Source: Selaginella moellendorffii (taxonomy: Eukaryota; Plantae; Lycopodiophyta). From it: a stretch of DNA of 60,556 nucleotides. The stretch covers positions 1,020,774 through 1,081,329 of the forward strand of contig NW_003314328.1 in the NCBI RefSeq assembly GCF_000143415.4. Direction: 5' to 3'. The position numbers and the translations under genes were made by a program. The notes under the pieces were generated by a model. It was given only the letters and a program-made list of their open reading frames with translations. It searched no databases and was not told where the DNA came from. This document shows, piece after piece, positions 23,100 through 40,229 of this stretch (position 1 is its first letter; every line of letters begins with the position of its first letter).

Positions 23100-25250
23100 T
23101 GCTACAGGTTCTTTACTTTGAGACATTGGCTTCGCCTACCTCGCTCATGGAAAAAGCATTAAACATATCTCTCTATGATGCTAGAATCGTCAAACTAAGC
23201 GCCTGACACATTTGTCTTGTGATTTTGTGACCAACCACTTCGTTTCTCAGGTCGCCGCTCCCAACGTACCTGTGAGTGAGAACAGCACAGCCGTGGAGCT
23301 TCTCGGTGAACTTAAGAAGAAGCTTGGTGATCTCTGTAAACCAGATGCAGAGCTTCGACTCTTGCAAGTTTCCTCCCACAAGGTTCTCAAGGTCGGTTAT
23401 AAACGTTTCTGCTTGGTAAGCTCTCATTTTTATTTTATTTTTTCAGATTTCTAATGCGGATGAGAGGATCAACAACCAGAAGTGCTGCACTTTTCGAGCT
23501 GAGGAGGTAATCAAAGAGATGAAGAAAGCTGCTTAACATCATATTTTTGCTGTTGAAAGATTCCGGATGAAGACAAAAATCTGGGTGATAAGAATCAATT
23601 GATTTGTGTTTCACATTGTACACATCAGAACTTTATAATATCAGTTTCTGAAAGCTTCACAAGTGGTCTTCTGTGAGGTTGAAAACTTCGGAGAGCCTTT
23701 TCTCTTCTCTGTGCGTGAGAATGAGAATTTATAAGAGCTCATTCGATCCAAACTACAAGTACCTGATGTTGAGTTTCCCGAGGTGATCGTGCTTACTGTA
23801 CATGATGATATCATTTTCTTACAGTGGAAATTACATGTTTACATGTCCATGGGACGACCATTTTACCTTCGCAACCTCGACATTATTGCCAGCCTCTTTG
23901 AGGTGCCCACGGCTCAGGGACACTATGTGAACTGCATTGAATGCACTGATGTTAACCACAAGATTACTCGGCAGGAATCGTTCTATGGTATGTTGTTCGG
24001 TGGTTTTTAAAGGTTTTTAACAGAATAGTGTGTGCTTCAGACTTGCAACTGGAAGTCAAGGGCTGCAAGGACGTGTATGCGTCTTTTGACAAGTTTGTCG
24101 GCGTGGTGAACGACAAGTATCACGCACGGTCGTATGGTATGCAGGTGAGCTGTGGATTCATCTCAAGGTCACACTATTATGCCAGAATGCGAAGAAAGAA
24201 ATTTACTTCCTAGACTTTCCACCTGATCTCCAGCTGCAGCTTAAGCGATTTGAGTATGACTCTACCCGTGGCAACGTGATCAAGGTTTGTGGTGATTGTG
24301 CACCTGTGGTTTAAGTGTAGATGATTTGCACTGCAGATATACGATAGGTTTCCTTTGATGCTGGACTTGGACAGAGAACGTGGAAAGTATCTGTCTCCTA
24401 ATGCGGATAAAAGCGTATGCAATCTCTACGTTTTACACAGGTATGGGATTTCGAAGAGAGCAGATGATGAGCAAAGGCCTGTCTTGGGAATCGTGGTGGT
24501 GCCAGTAGACGAGCTCGGAACATTCGTCGAGCTCTCAGCAGGAAAGGAATCAAAAGTTTTGCCGCCACCCGACGTTCTTCTTCACAAGCGCTACAAAACG
24601 TTTGTTGCTTTTGTTGGCTGCTTGATAGAACCCGTTTGCATAGTCTTGTGTTTTACAGCGGAGAAGCTATGCCTGGGGCAGCATCTCCTTGCGCGAGATC
24701 ATGTTGAAAATGGTGGAGTAAGTGAAAGCATCGGCCTAAGCTACGGCCCGCTCTTTCTGTGGTGTTTTGTTTTCTTAGGAATAAAGTGGAACGGTGGCTT
24801 GTGACGAAGGCCAATGTCGAAAGTAGTATGAAGAAGGAGATGAAGGAGAAGAAGACGACGACGAAGAGGACGATGAAGCAAAAGCAGAAGACGAAGAAGA
24901 AGCAGCAGAAGTTAAAGAATGGAAAGAAGAGAAAGGTAAGAACTGCTTCTTAAGACTTAACCGCGTTTCCATTTCTGCAGACACCACAAACCATGCCGAG
25001 ATCCAACAGTAACGCCACATGCGTATATGTCAGGAAGAGCTATAAAAGTAAGGTTTTTTGTAATGTAGACGCTGAAGAAATCGCCAAGGATTTGCAGATT
25101 GATATATGTTTTCATCCCCTAGATTCACCCTTCCATAGGTGCAATGTGGAGCGAGCTCGAACGGCAAACACAAAACTATGTGTTGCACTAAAACAACAAA
25201 ATCTGCGACACGTGAAACAGAAAAGATCCAATTTCGAGCAGCAATGTATT
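23100..25250 (+). pseudogene. UBP12/13-like pseudogene: C-terminal exons followed by copy B of the catalytic exons
   Basis: C-terminal exons read VLYFETL, NVPVSENSTAVELLGELKK..PDAELRLL and VENFGEPFLFSVRENE. Catalytic exons follow: [76 protein letters not shown]. 24284-25057 is a near-identical direct repeat of 21726-22340. Confidence 0.85.
24445..24740 (-). pseudogene. Fragment of a CRAL-TRIO/Sec14-like gene (copy 2)
   Basis: Minus strand reads GFYQAANKSNKRFVALVKKNVGWRQNF...ELVYWHHHDSQDRPLLII. It duplicates 21900-22190. Confidence 0.6.
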
Positions 25251-26027
25251 TGTGATTACACATTAAGCATGCCATCATGGAATGGAAGTTATCACCAAAT
25301 GTGTATAACATATAGAAGGTTAATTGGGACAATTATTAATTTCACAACTTTTGTGAGGACAAAGTGAAGATTAATTTTTTCTGACAAATCTTATGAGTTA
25401 TACTTCTTCATGGTGGAAATAGCTTCTCGTCGTTCATCAGAAATCTGTAGAAAGGGTTGGAATTTTTATCACAAACAGAATAGTGGTGAGAAATGAAAGA
25501 TCAGCTATTTTCCCTAGCTACAAGCAAAGAACGTGATGAAAATTTCTGTTTGCCTGGATCTCTTTTTATGTTGTGTTGGTTGCCTCCCTAGCTCTGTTGG
25601 TGCGTCTATCTCCTGCTAGCTTGATGAAGAATGACAATAATATAACCTCTCCCCAGGAAGAGGTTGATCTTTTTCCTGCAAAAAACACTTCAATTTCAAA
25701 TGCTGAGTATCGAGCTCGCCGCCGGATCGCCACCTTTCCCACGTAACAAACGCGAGTGAGATTATCTATTTGTTCAAAACATGAGCTCAATACAAGATGT
25801 ACATAACCCCCATCCCAAAAACAATTAACCAAGGAAAAAAGAAAACGAAAAAAATATAGAGCGAAAGAGAAGAGAGCCCACAGAAAGGTGTGGAAGCGCA
25901 ACTTTGCTTTGCTTTGGAAGTTAAATCCCACTGTGCCCTTGACCCCGGCATTCCATTTGCCTTCCTCTTTTTTTTTTTAAGTTCCTTTTCTTCCCACGTC
26001 AAAAATGTGTGCTCCACCCAAACTATC

Positions 26028-30920
<4,893 letters not shown>

Positions 30921-31310
30921 CGCTCCAGCCGAATTCGCAAACCCTATCTCCGATTCGCGAGCGCAACACGATTGACACTGCCGCCCGCTCCCCCCAAACC
31001 CTAATTTCCTGGGACCAGGTCAAAATATTTTGCTCGATCGATGGATCGAGGGAGCGGCGATGGCGCGAAGAATCAATCCAGTGAGCATGCACTGAGGGAT
31101 CAGCCCTGCCGCACCGTTTGCTAGCCTAGCCGCAAGCCTCCCCCCCCCCAAACACAAACACCCCACACCAAAATAAAAAAAAACTTGGTGTATAGTGGCT
31201 TTGTGTGCTTATGTGTCATCGCTGTGTCACATGACGTGTCTGACACGTGTGCTTTGGCGTGTCACTGAAGAGCCCTAATCCGGCTCTTTCGCGCCATCTC
31301 GGCGATTTGA
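30921..31310. promoter_or_regulatory. Short divergent (bidirectional) promoter/5'UTR region between UBP12 and the PPR gene
   Basis: The start codons are only 390 bp apart. The region has telo-box-like AAACCCTA at ~30939 and ~30996, and ACGT motifs TGACGTGTC/CACGTG at ~31232-31250. Confidence 0.5.
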
Positions 31311-33251
31311 ATGAACGAGTGTGTCGATCTTGCCAGATCTTGCCGGTGTCTATCCCGCGCGCGGCAGATCCATCGCGAAATCTCTGCGCTCCAGGGTCCT
31401 CCTCTTCCGATCTTCCTCTCCAATCTCTTGATCCGGATGTATGGCAACTGTGGCAGCGCGGAGGATGCGCGGAGGGTTTTCGATTCGATCCAGGCCAAGG
31501 ATGTGTTCTCCTGGAATCTCCTCCTCTCGGCCTACATCCAGAGCGGGCAGATCAAATCGGCCAAGGATTTGTTTGATTCTATGCCCGAGAGGGATGCCGT
31601 GTCCTGGAACACGATGCTTGCGGCGTTTGCCCAGAGCCGCCAGCTCCACTGCGCTCAAGATCTCTTCGCAAGAATGCCGCTATGGAGCTTGATCGCCTGG
31701 AACTCGATGCTCTCGGCGTACTCTCGCAGCGTGGATGCGATCCAGAAGCTCCAAGATCTCTTCGATTCCATGCCGGTCACAAATCTCGTCTCCTGGAGCG
31801 TGCTCTTGGCGGCATACGCGCAGATTGGGGATTTCCAGCGCGCGCTTGCGATTCTGGAAAGAATGCCCGACTGGAATCTCGTTGCCTGGAATTCGCTGCT
31901 GGATGCTCATGCCCGGCGAGGGGATCTGGATCGGGTGAAGCAGCTCTTCGATTCGATGCCCGATCGAGACATCCTCTCCTGGACCGCGCTCCTCACTTGC
32001 TACGCTCGATCCGGGAGATTATCCGATGCTTCCCTCCTCCTCGCCGCCATGCCCGCGTGGGATCTCGTCTCCTGGAACGTGATGCTCGCCGCGGAGGCCG
32101 AGAGTGGGAACATCCACAGCGCCAAGAATTTCTTCGATCGAATGCCGGAGCGGAGCTTCGCGTCCTGGAATCTGATGATCACCGCCTACTCGCACGACGG
32201 CCAGGTGAAATCCGCCAAGAGCCTCTTCGATCAAACCCCAGCCAAGAACCTCCTCCTCTACAACGCGATGCTCACAGCCTACGCCCAAAACGGGTGCCAC
32301 GCCCTCGCGATCGAGCTCTTCGCCTCGATGCCGTGCAGAGATCTCGTCTCCTACAATGCAACGCTCTCCGCGCTCGCGAAATCTAGCCCTATCGATCAAA
32401 CCAAAGATTTCTTCGACCTAATTCCCGAGAAGAACATCGTTGCATGGAATGCGATGCTCACAACATATGCCGAGAATGGGCATCTGGAAATGGCGATTTC
32501 CATGTTCGATTCGATGAGCCATCATGATATTGTGTCCTACACTGCCATGGTCACTGCGTATGGATCGAGCGGCCAGATAGAACACGCAAGAATACTGTTT
32601 GATTCGTCACCCCAGAAAGACGTTGTTTTATCAACTGCCATGCTCGCAGCATATGCCCATTTAGGGTTCTTGGCAGAGGCTAGCACAATTTTCCAATCTT
32701 TGCAAGAATGCAGCATAATCACGTGGAATTCTATGCTAGCTGCTCACGCATTGAGCAGCACAATCGAGAAATCCCAGTGGATTTTCGATTTGATGCCGGT
32801 AAGAGATACAGTGTCTTGGATTTTGATGCTCAGCGCATATGCCCGGCTTGGGCATCTGGAGAGAGCGATTTCCTTCTTCGCGACAATGCCAATGCCACAC
32901 GCAGTCCCAGATCGCGTCGTGCCCTGGAACACGATGCTCGCAGCGCACGGAACCAGCGGCCAGGACGCCGAGAATCTCCTGTGGGCCGCGAATTTGCAAG
33001 GCGTGGCCCCGGATGCTGTCTCCTTCGTCTCGATTTTGGGGGCGTTTGGCCACACCGGCGACGTGGATTCCGGCTGGAGCTACTTCGTGTCGATGCGCAG
33101 CGATTACTCGACCCAGCCGGAGAAGCTCCACTTTGGGTGCATGGTGGCGATCCTGGCTCGAGCTGGGAACTTCGATTTCGCCCGGGATCTCCTCGACAGC
33201 ATGCCATTCGTTCCAGGGATCGAGCAATTGAGCTGCCTGACACTGTTCTAG
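31311..33251 (+). CDS. PLS-class pentatricopeptide repeat protein rich in 31-aa S/SS motifs, ending inside the E domain
   Basis: Intronless 646-aa ORF with well over a dozen repeats of the type A..LFDSMP.RD.VSWN.ML.AYA..G. It ends with P2-L2-S2 (PDAVSFVSILGAF..G, HFGCMVAILARAG) and LLDSMPFVP, then stops. No DYW domain. Confidence 0.9.
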   Translation: MNECVDLARSCRCLSRARQIHREISALQGPPLPIFLSNLLIRMYGNCGSAEDARRVFDSIQAKDVFSWNLLLSAYIQSGQIKSAKDLFDSMPERDAVSWNTMLAAFAQSRQLHCAQDLFARMPLWSLIAWNSMLSAYSRSVDAIQKLQDLFDSMPVTNLVSWSVLLAAYAQIGDFQRALAILERMPDWNLVAWNSLLDAHARRGDLDRVKQLFDSMPDRDILSWTALLTCYARSGRLSDASLLLAAMPAWDLVSWNVMLAAEAESGNIHSAKNFFDRMPERSFASWNLMITAYSHDGQVKSAKSLFDQTPAKNLLLYNAMLTAYAQNGCHALAIELFASMPCRDLVSYNATLSALAKSSPIDQTKDFFDLIPEKNIVAWNAMLTTYAENGHLEMAISMFDSMSHHDIVSYTAMVTAYGSSGQIEHARILFDSSPQKDVVLSTAMLAAYAHLGFLAEASTIFQSLQECSIITWNSMLAAHALSSTIEKSQWIFDLMPVRDTVSWILMLSAYARLGHLERAISFFATMPMPHAVPDRVVPWNTMLAAHGTSGQDAENLLWAANLQGVAPDAVSFVSILGAFGHTGDVDSGWSYFVSMRSDYSTQPEKLHFGCMVAILARAGNFDFARDLLDSMPFVPGIEQLSCLTLF

Positions 33252-33470
33252 AGCCAAACAAATTAGATTTCGTCCAGGAACTTGCAGAGATCGAGCAATT
33301 GGGCTAAGACGCAATTGCCCATCTCGAGATCTAGACTAGACAATTGGAAGAAACAAAGATCTTCCTCCACGTGCCATATATCATGTGTCGAAGGGCACCA
33401 AATTATAAAACTATATACGTGATCCTATCAAGCATCCCTCAAGCTCCCATATATAATATCTATGGTCCTT

Positions 33471-33989
33471 TCAAAGGGCTGTCTCTTCGCTCTTCGGAGC
33501 ACTGGCCGCCTCGACTCTCTCCTGGACAGCATCCACAGCCTTGTCTTGGACGCTGCTTTTCCCCTTGAGATCCTCGGCCGCGGCCTTGAGCTCTCCCGCC
33601 GCGGCCTCTTTCTTCTCTGGAGCAACGTCGGCCTCGGCCTCCGTCAAGCACTTCCCAAACGGCTTGCCAGGGTGGCCAATGTTATCGACAAAGTTGGGGA
33701 GAATGTCCTCGGCAGCGTCGGGGAGCTTGGCAGTGTCCATACCCCCACCACCACCTTCCTTCTTAGCTCCTGCTCCTCCCATTTGCTGCTTCGCGGCGTC
33801 TGGAAGGACGTTGGCACTTCCCATAAGCTCCGAGTCGCTTGGAACTTCGCCGCTGGTCTTCTTTGCCTCCTCCGTGCGGCTCTTCTTTGGCTCCTCCGTG
33901 CCTGATCCATGGCCTGCTTCTTCCGTCTTTGGCTTCTCGCTCTCCTTGTCTTCGCTGGGAAAGGATCCTGCCTGCTTCTTGAAATCCAT
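33471..33989 (-). CDS. Nodulin-related protein (NRP1-like) hydrophilic protein
   Basis: PSDSELMGSANVLPDAAK...DTAKLPDAAEDIL...GKCLTEAE resembles the NRP family motif SELMASAK.VAEAA...DKAKVAGA..DIL...G.YLEKAE. The true start is uncertain because an upstream exon is possible. Confidence 0.65.
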   Translation of the reverse strand: MDFKKQAGSFPSEDKESEKPKTEEAGHGSGTEEPKKSRTEEAKKTSGEVPSDSELMGSANVLPDAAKQQMGGAGAKKEGGGGGMDTAKLPDAAEDILPNFVDNIGHPGKPFGKCLTEAEADVAPEKKEAAAGELKAAAEDLKGKSSVQDKAVDAVQERVEAASAPKSEETAL

Positions 33990-34642
33990 GGAGGAAAAAA
34001 AAAACGAAATGTGAGTAGACAAAGAGAAGAACCGAGAAAGTCTAAACTGTCGGATGGAACTTCTCCAGTGGATATTTTTATAGAGTCCGGGAAAACGAGT
34101 AAAGGGGCCCAAACGGGATCACTATCCTCCTGTGAAGAAAGATGGACGAGGTAAATGTGAGACAGAGAAAAAAAGATATATACAAAACTGCCAAGTGCCA
34201 CCCAGACTCCGATTCACCAAAGATTTTTATCAAGCCGCTGTGGTTTGATTCGTCACAGTGAGAGAACTATAGTACAAAGCTTTCGAGCCTTATTTCGTGC
34301 TGCTACCTTGTCTGCCAAAAAAAAGAAGAGTTTAGCATAAAAGAAATGGAAAAACTTGTCATACCAGGTAATGAATTGTCTCGCTCCAGTTAAGAACTCT
34401 GTATCTGCAAAGAGGGAGAAGTCAACCAGGGAATCGTGAATCAAAAACATGTCCTTCAGCCACGCCAATTCCTCATACGACTGGTCCGTATTCTAGTTAC
34501 ACGAGCACTGCTCCAACCGGTTCCAAGACCGGGAGCAACGACGTGCAACGTCAACGGGCAGCGCAGTGAGATTACTAAATTATGCATCATAGGACCGAAC
34601 CACTAGAAGGAAAAAACAGTAAAGCGAAGTTACATTTTGCGC

Positions 34643-35478
34643 TTAGAAGTTTAAGATGATCTTCTCTTGTGGAACCAAAGTAGATCAGTCACATCCTGCA
34701 ATAAAAACATCACAGTGAAGGTAGAGCAAAGGGTCTCTACCTTGAGCATGCCCTTGTGGCCAAAGAAAAGTAACAACTTGAGAGGAATCTGGAATACTTA
34801 TGTTCTTCGAAAAGGCTGCCTGTGGCACAATAAAGCGAAGTTAAATGAGAGATGGTGTAAAGGAGAAAACAATGAATCATGTCTACAACAGTGAGAATAA
34901 AAATACCTGGACATATCCTGATTTGCCCATCCAGCTCCCATCAGTCTGCCAGAGTATGGGAATTATGCTCACGCCATGTCCTATCGTAGAGATAAGTGAG
35001 AATCGACAACCGAAAAAGAAACAAAAGAAGAGTACCCGATATGCCATTCTGTAAAGACCCTCACATCGCTCCTCCTGTTCGCGTCAATTCCGGCCTCTAT
35101 AAGTGATCGAATCGAACTGTCCTGAAAAAAGAAAGAACCATACGTAAACCATCCCAAAAGATAGCGAACTACAAGTAAAAAAAACGAGTGGAAAGAAGGA
35201 AACGTCATGTCTACGTAAACTATCCCAAGAGATGAAAGAACGAGTGGAAAGAAGAAAAAAAATGCCCTACGTAAAAACAAAAAAAGAAACGAGTGGAAAG
35301 AAGAAAAAACCATGTCTACCATAGCAAGAACAAAGGAAAAAAAAAAAAAAAAACGAATGGAGATGGAAGAAAAAAGAAGAAGAAATCCCGTTACCTGATA
35401 CCAGAGCCAGTCGCGAAGAACAGCACAGTCTGGAACTTCTCTGGAGGGTAGAGCTGGTCGATATCGAAACCTTTGCCA
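34643..35478 (-). pseudogene. 5'-truncated pseudogene of an FNR-like FAD/NAD(P) oxidoreductase (pKIWI502/At1g15140-like)
   Basis: Five exons with splice sites: KGFDIDQLYPPEKFQTVLFFATGSGIS | SIRSLIEAGIDANRRSDVRVF | GVSIIPILWQTDGSWMGKSGYVQ | AAFSK... | DVTDLL..VPQEKIILNF*. Internal deletions shift the frame. Confidence 0.8.
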
Positions 35479-35842
35479 AATTTTGGGAATTTAGGGTTCC
35501 TGGCAAGGGATTCTTGGAGTTCCTAGGACGTGGAGGGCACTACCTCGGCTGTGCTGTGCGATCTGGCCAAGGGAGATAAGGTGGATTTAAGCCAAGTAAT
35601 GGGCGGAGGCCTTTACACATGCCATTGTTGGGCATTTGCAACACTTACGGATTCTCAAGCTTGGAGATCTTCTTTGGGCATAGAATCGAACACTTGTCTA
35701 AAGTAAAGAAGCATATCTTGTGTGGAGATATGTAATATGTTTTTTTCCTGACAATATTCTTTCATGAAATTAGAACGTTCTTCTAGCTTCCAAATGCCCA
35801 GCTTGGGCATTTTCATTAGCCCATGTTGACTTTTGCGTTGAC

Positions 35843-38338
35843 ATGGTTGACTTTACATTGACTTACATTGAAAAACTGGCTCTGGCTCCTAAGAGATTCT
35901 TTCTTCTTGCGATGCTCCACAGCGATGGCGTTTCGACCACCACCACCACCAGCAGGAGCTGGAAAGTGGCAAAGAAATCGACGAAGGGAATCGCCACACT
36001 CTTGGCGGCGCTCAAGGAGGCAAGCAAGGCCAGGGATGCCAAGAGGGGGCGGGAGCTCCACTCCGACGCCATAGCCAGTGGAGTGGCGGGCGATCTCTTC
36101 GTGGGCAGCAGCCTGGTGGACATGTACTCCAACTGCGGCCTCATGGGCGAAGCGCGAGAGGTATTTGACGCCATGCCCAGCCATGACATTGTCTCGTGGA
36201 ATGCGCTCATGCTCGGTTACGCAGAGAACGACCATGGATTGGCGGCGCTCGCCCTCTTCTCGCCGATGCGCGACGAGGGCTGCTCTCCAAACTCCAGAAC
36301 TTTTGTTGCTGCGGCTAAGGCATGTTCTAGCATTCCCACGGCTGAGAAGGAAGAAGAAGTTCCAAGAGGTAGCGAAGTATGCTCGACTTCGAAGATGAGA
36401 TCGCTGGAGATTGGAATGGCGATCCACTCGCAGGCGCTGGAGAGGAGGTGCGGATCCATTTTCATGGAGAGCTGCCTCGTCGATATGTATGCCAAGTGTG
36501 GCGGCATGGACGACGCTCGGCGCGTTTTCGAGAGCATGGAGAGGAGGAATATGGTGGCCGCTCATGCTGGGCTATGCCGAGAGTGGCGATGGCCAAGCTG
36601 CGCTCAAGCTCTTCCAGGTGATGGAACGCGAGGATTGCCCGCGGGACGCTCGGACTTTCGTTGCCGCGGTGAAGGCTTGCTCGAGCCTGGCTATGGCGGC
36701 GAAGGAAGGATCATCTAGCGCGAGAGCCTTGAGAGCTCTTGAGACCGGCATGGCTGTTCATCGCGAAGCTCGCAAGAGTGGATTCGAGTCGGATGCTTTC
36801 GTGACTTGCGGACTTGCGCATACCATACTTGTATGCGAAGCGTGGGAGTATGGAGGATGCGAGGAGGATCTTCGAGCGCTTCGCCAGCCACGACGTTGTC
36901 TCGTGGACGGCGTTGATACTTGGCTATGGTGACAATGGCGAGAACGAGGTGGCGGTGGAGCTCTTCTTGCGCATGGTTCACCAGGGATACCATGCAAACG
37001 CTCGGACTTTCGTGGCAGTGGTCAAGGCTTGCAGCAGCCTTGCCGAGGAGGAGCAAGGCGGAAGTGTGATAAAGTTTCGCGCTCTCGCCACTGGAATGGC
37101 GATCCATCGCCTCGCAGCTGCGAACGGTGGCTGTGATTCTAGTGGACGTTTTCGTGGGGAACACTTTGATCGACATGTATGCGAAGTGTGGAACTATGGT
37201 GGATTCCCGGCGAGTTTTCGATGCGATGCTTACACGGGACGTGGTCTCGTACAACGCGATCATGCTGGGCTATGCCGAGAATGATGGCGAGGCTATGGCG
37301 CTCGAGCTACTCGCGGCCATGCACAGGGAAGAACCGCGCGTTGTGGCGAATAGCTTGAGCTACCTTGCTGCTGTGAAGGCTTGCAATCACTTGGCATCGC
37401 GAGAAGAAGCCAGGGACTTCGATGGAAGAGCTGTGAAGATCGAGAGCCTGGAGAAAGGCATGGCTGTTCATGCTCGAGCTACGGAAGCCGGGTGTGATCG
37501 AGATCTTTTAGTGGCGAGCAGCCTGATCGATATGTACTCGCGAGCTGGAAGCATGGAGGATTAGCACAGGGCCTTCGATCAAATGGAGAGCCACGATGTA
37601 GTGTCATGGACGGGGCTCGTCTCCGGCTACGCCGAGAATGGCGATGGCGAGAGCTCCCTGGCGGTGTTCTTCGCGATGGTGGACGAGGGAGTGGAGCCCG
37701 ACTCGTGGACGCTCGCGGCGGCGCTCAAGGCGTGCGGATCCATCGCCTCGAGCAAAGCTGGGCGACGTCTCCATGGCGAGATTTGCCGGCATGGACTGGA
37801 GGGCGATACCATCGTGGTCACCGGTTTGATCGACTTCTATGGCTACCATGGCCGACGCTCAGCGTGTCTTTGATGGTTCCATGGTTGCCGCGCGGGACGT
37901 GGTTGCATGGACGGCTCTAGTGTCCGGCTATGGCCGCCAAGGTGACGTGAAGTTCGTGTTTGTGACGTTCCAGGCGATGGTGAACACTGGCGTGAGGCCG
38001 GGTGGTGTGACCCTGCTGTGTGTGCTAGCCGCGTGTAGCCATGCCGGGCTTGTGGAGCGAGGGAAACGATTGTTTGGACCGAAAGAGAGAAGTATGGGAT
38101 TGAGCACTACCACTGCATGATTGATAGGGGGCGAGCAAACCATCTGGAGGAGGCGCTGGAGATTGTGAGATCGATGCCTTTCCAAGCGGGTGTCGTGACC
38201 TGGATGACGATCTTGAGCGCTTGTAGGAAGTGGAAGAACACGAGAGTTGGAAGTGAAGCATTTGATGCGTTGGTTGGAATGGATGTGAGGGTGAAATCGT
38301 CAGCGTACTTGTTGATGGCTCATGTTTATGAGAGCTAA
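35843..38338 (+). pseudogene. PLS-class PPR-E pseudogene
   Basis: Repeats of LVDMYAKCG...ARRVF...DVVSW are spread over several frames. Frameshifts lie near 36560, 36825, 37135, 37845 and 38100, and there is an in-frame TAG at 37562-37564. It ends with an E domain (MPFQAGVVTWMTILSACR...SAYLLMAHVY). Confidence 0.88.
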
Positions 38339-38439
38339 GATCATATCTATTGGCGGGAGCTCTTTGAATTTACGCCGTTGGATTTAGGGTTCTTGCTAGA
38401 TTGCTGATATTCTCTCCAACTCTATCTATGCTCCATCGT

Positions 38440-38607
38440 TTAAGATCTCCTCTTGACTTGACAGGTCTCCCAGTCGGATTCAAGGAGACTGAAGACTGGA
38501 AACGATACACGAAGCTTAAGATCTCCTCTTGACTTGACAGGTCTCCCAGTCGGATTCAAGGAAATGTGTAGACTGAAGACTGGAAACGATACACGAAGCT
38601 TAAGATC
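38440..38607. repeat. ~76-84-bp tandem duplication
   Basis: TTAAGATCTCCTCTTGACTTGACAGG...GATACACGAAGC occurs twice. The second copy has a short insertion. Confidence 0.9.
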
Positions 38608-39124
38608 GTCCTCTGGAAAGAAGCCTGGTATTGTTTAGATTATTCTTCCTAGGATGTCAAGTAAAGATGCTCGATTGAGAGAGATCTTTGCCGGAGTGTT
38701 TGCAGACTCCACTTTTTAAAGGTATTATGTACTTTTCTCGTCTTGTCACTACTACTCACTTTCTTGCGCAGGCTTTCTGCCAAATACAAAAGAGTCCCTT
38801 TTGCCACCGCTCCGAGTCATGAGAATTTCCCCATGCTATGCTTTAAGTTCATATTGCATTAGTCTAGGCCTTGGATGATCTGGATCGCGTGTGCTTCGTG
38901 CCACTTGCAGCCGAACTCTTGCAGCCGATTGTTGATTTCCAAAGTCCAATCCAGATCTTGTGCTCGTTGTTTATTAATCAGGGCTTTTTATTTACCAGCA
39001 AAAAACCAAAAAACTAGCTGGGCATAGTTTCATTGAGCACGAAAATAAGTTTCTTATGTCCTTGGTTGAAATGCTTCTTAAAACTTAAGCTGCATTTACA
39101 TTTCTGACCATTTTGAGCTGGAAG

Positions 39125-39365
39125 GCATGCATGCTTCTATATGTCAGGAAAAGCGATAAAAGGATGCTCAAGCATTTGCAGGTATTTTGTGATTAATGTC
39201 TGTTTTCATCTCCTAGTTTCACCCTTCCACAGGTGCCAATGTGGAGCGAGCTCGAACAGAAAAAAGCTTCCAAGCAGACATAAATCGATTTGCTGCATTG
39301 ACTGATCACCTTTCTTCCTTAGGAACAATGACACTTGAAACAGAAAAACTCATTTTCGAGCAGAA
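39125..39365 (+). pseudogene. Third fragment of the divergent UBP12-like pseudogene family
   Basis: TATATGTCAGGAA...TGTTTTCATC..CTAG.TTCACCCTTCCA.AGGTGC.AATGTGGAGCGAGCTCGAAC matches 25024-25162. Confidence 0.7.
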
Positions 39366-40229
39366 ATAATCAGTGATGTGAATAGTAGTTCATCCTGGAG
39401 TGTTTGTAACATCTCTGAGAGAATTTTGTTTGGCAATCTAGCAGTTCTCCAAGAGAAGGTTTATAGCCAAGCTTCCCCGCATTGTAGCTGAATCTCAGCC
39501 TAGATCTTGGCGGGAGGGCCGCCATGTTTTCCCACACGGTTTTCGAATCAATTTCATGTGATAGTTATTGTCACATGACAATAACTGTGACCTAGGAACA
39601 GAAAGAGAGGCAAAACATTGTGTGTCCGTTTCAGGGCATTGCAACAGACTCCAATTCCTTGGTCTCATGTTAGGAGATTCTAGTCGGTGACACCATGACC
39701 ATGCTTTCTCACTCGGTTTCTCCTTCTCTCACTCGTTTCCCTTTCTCTTTGCTGCACATAAGGGTGACAAATAAAGGTCTTTTTTACACCCTTATTTCTG
39801 GTTGCTACTGTTGCAAATTCTGATGGTGGCTGTTTCTAATTATTAAACAGTGCTTCTTACACAAATGACATTTCTTTTTCATTCTCCCATGGCTTAAGCT
39901 AATGATCCTTCATTCTAATTGTGATGGAACTACTGATTAATTGATGAGGGTGCAGTTGAGCTCGATATCTCCATATTTTGACCTTGTTGTTAGCTACATC
40001 ACAAGAGGTTTTGAGTAAACTATAGAATAAACTTATATAAAAAAAATTTGGATGGAACAATATCATAAATTATATTACAATTTTTGGTTTGAGATGGTAA
40101 TGGATATACCTAGAAAATGCTTGGATATTCTAGGATATTCTATCATCTAACGGTTGTTATTCATTTAGATTAATTTTGTATTTATAATTTATAAACATGT
40201 CTATAATTTTTAAACTTTCTTAAACTCTT

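Noticed and set aside
23100-24440. Apparent circularly permuted UBP12 (C-terminal exons before catalytic exons)
   Set aside because: It is better explained as the end of pseudogene copy A abutting a partial copy B. Stops and frameshifts preclude a protein.
39563-39595. Perfect 11-bp hairpin AGTTATTGTCA-CA-TGACAATAACT followed by CTAG, as a possible Helitron 3' end
   Set aside because: The hairpin is AT-rich, only 5 nt from the CTAG, and the next base is G rather than the T expected at a Helitron target.
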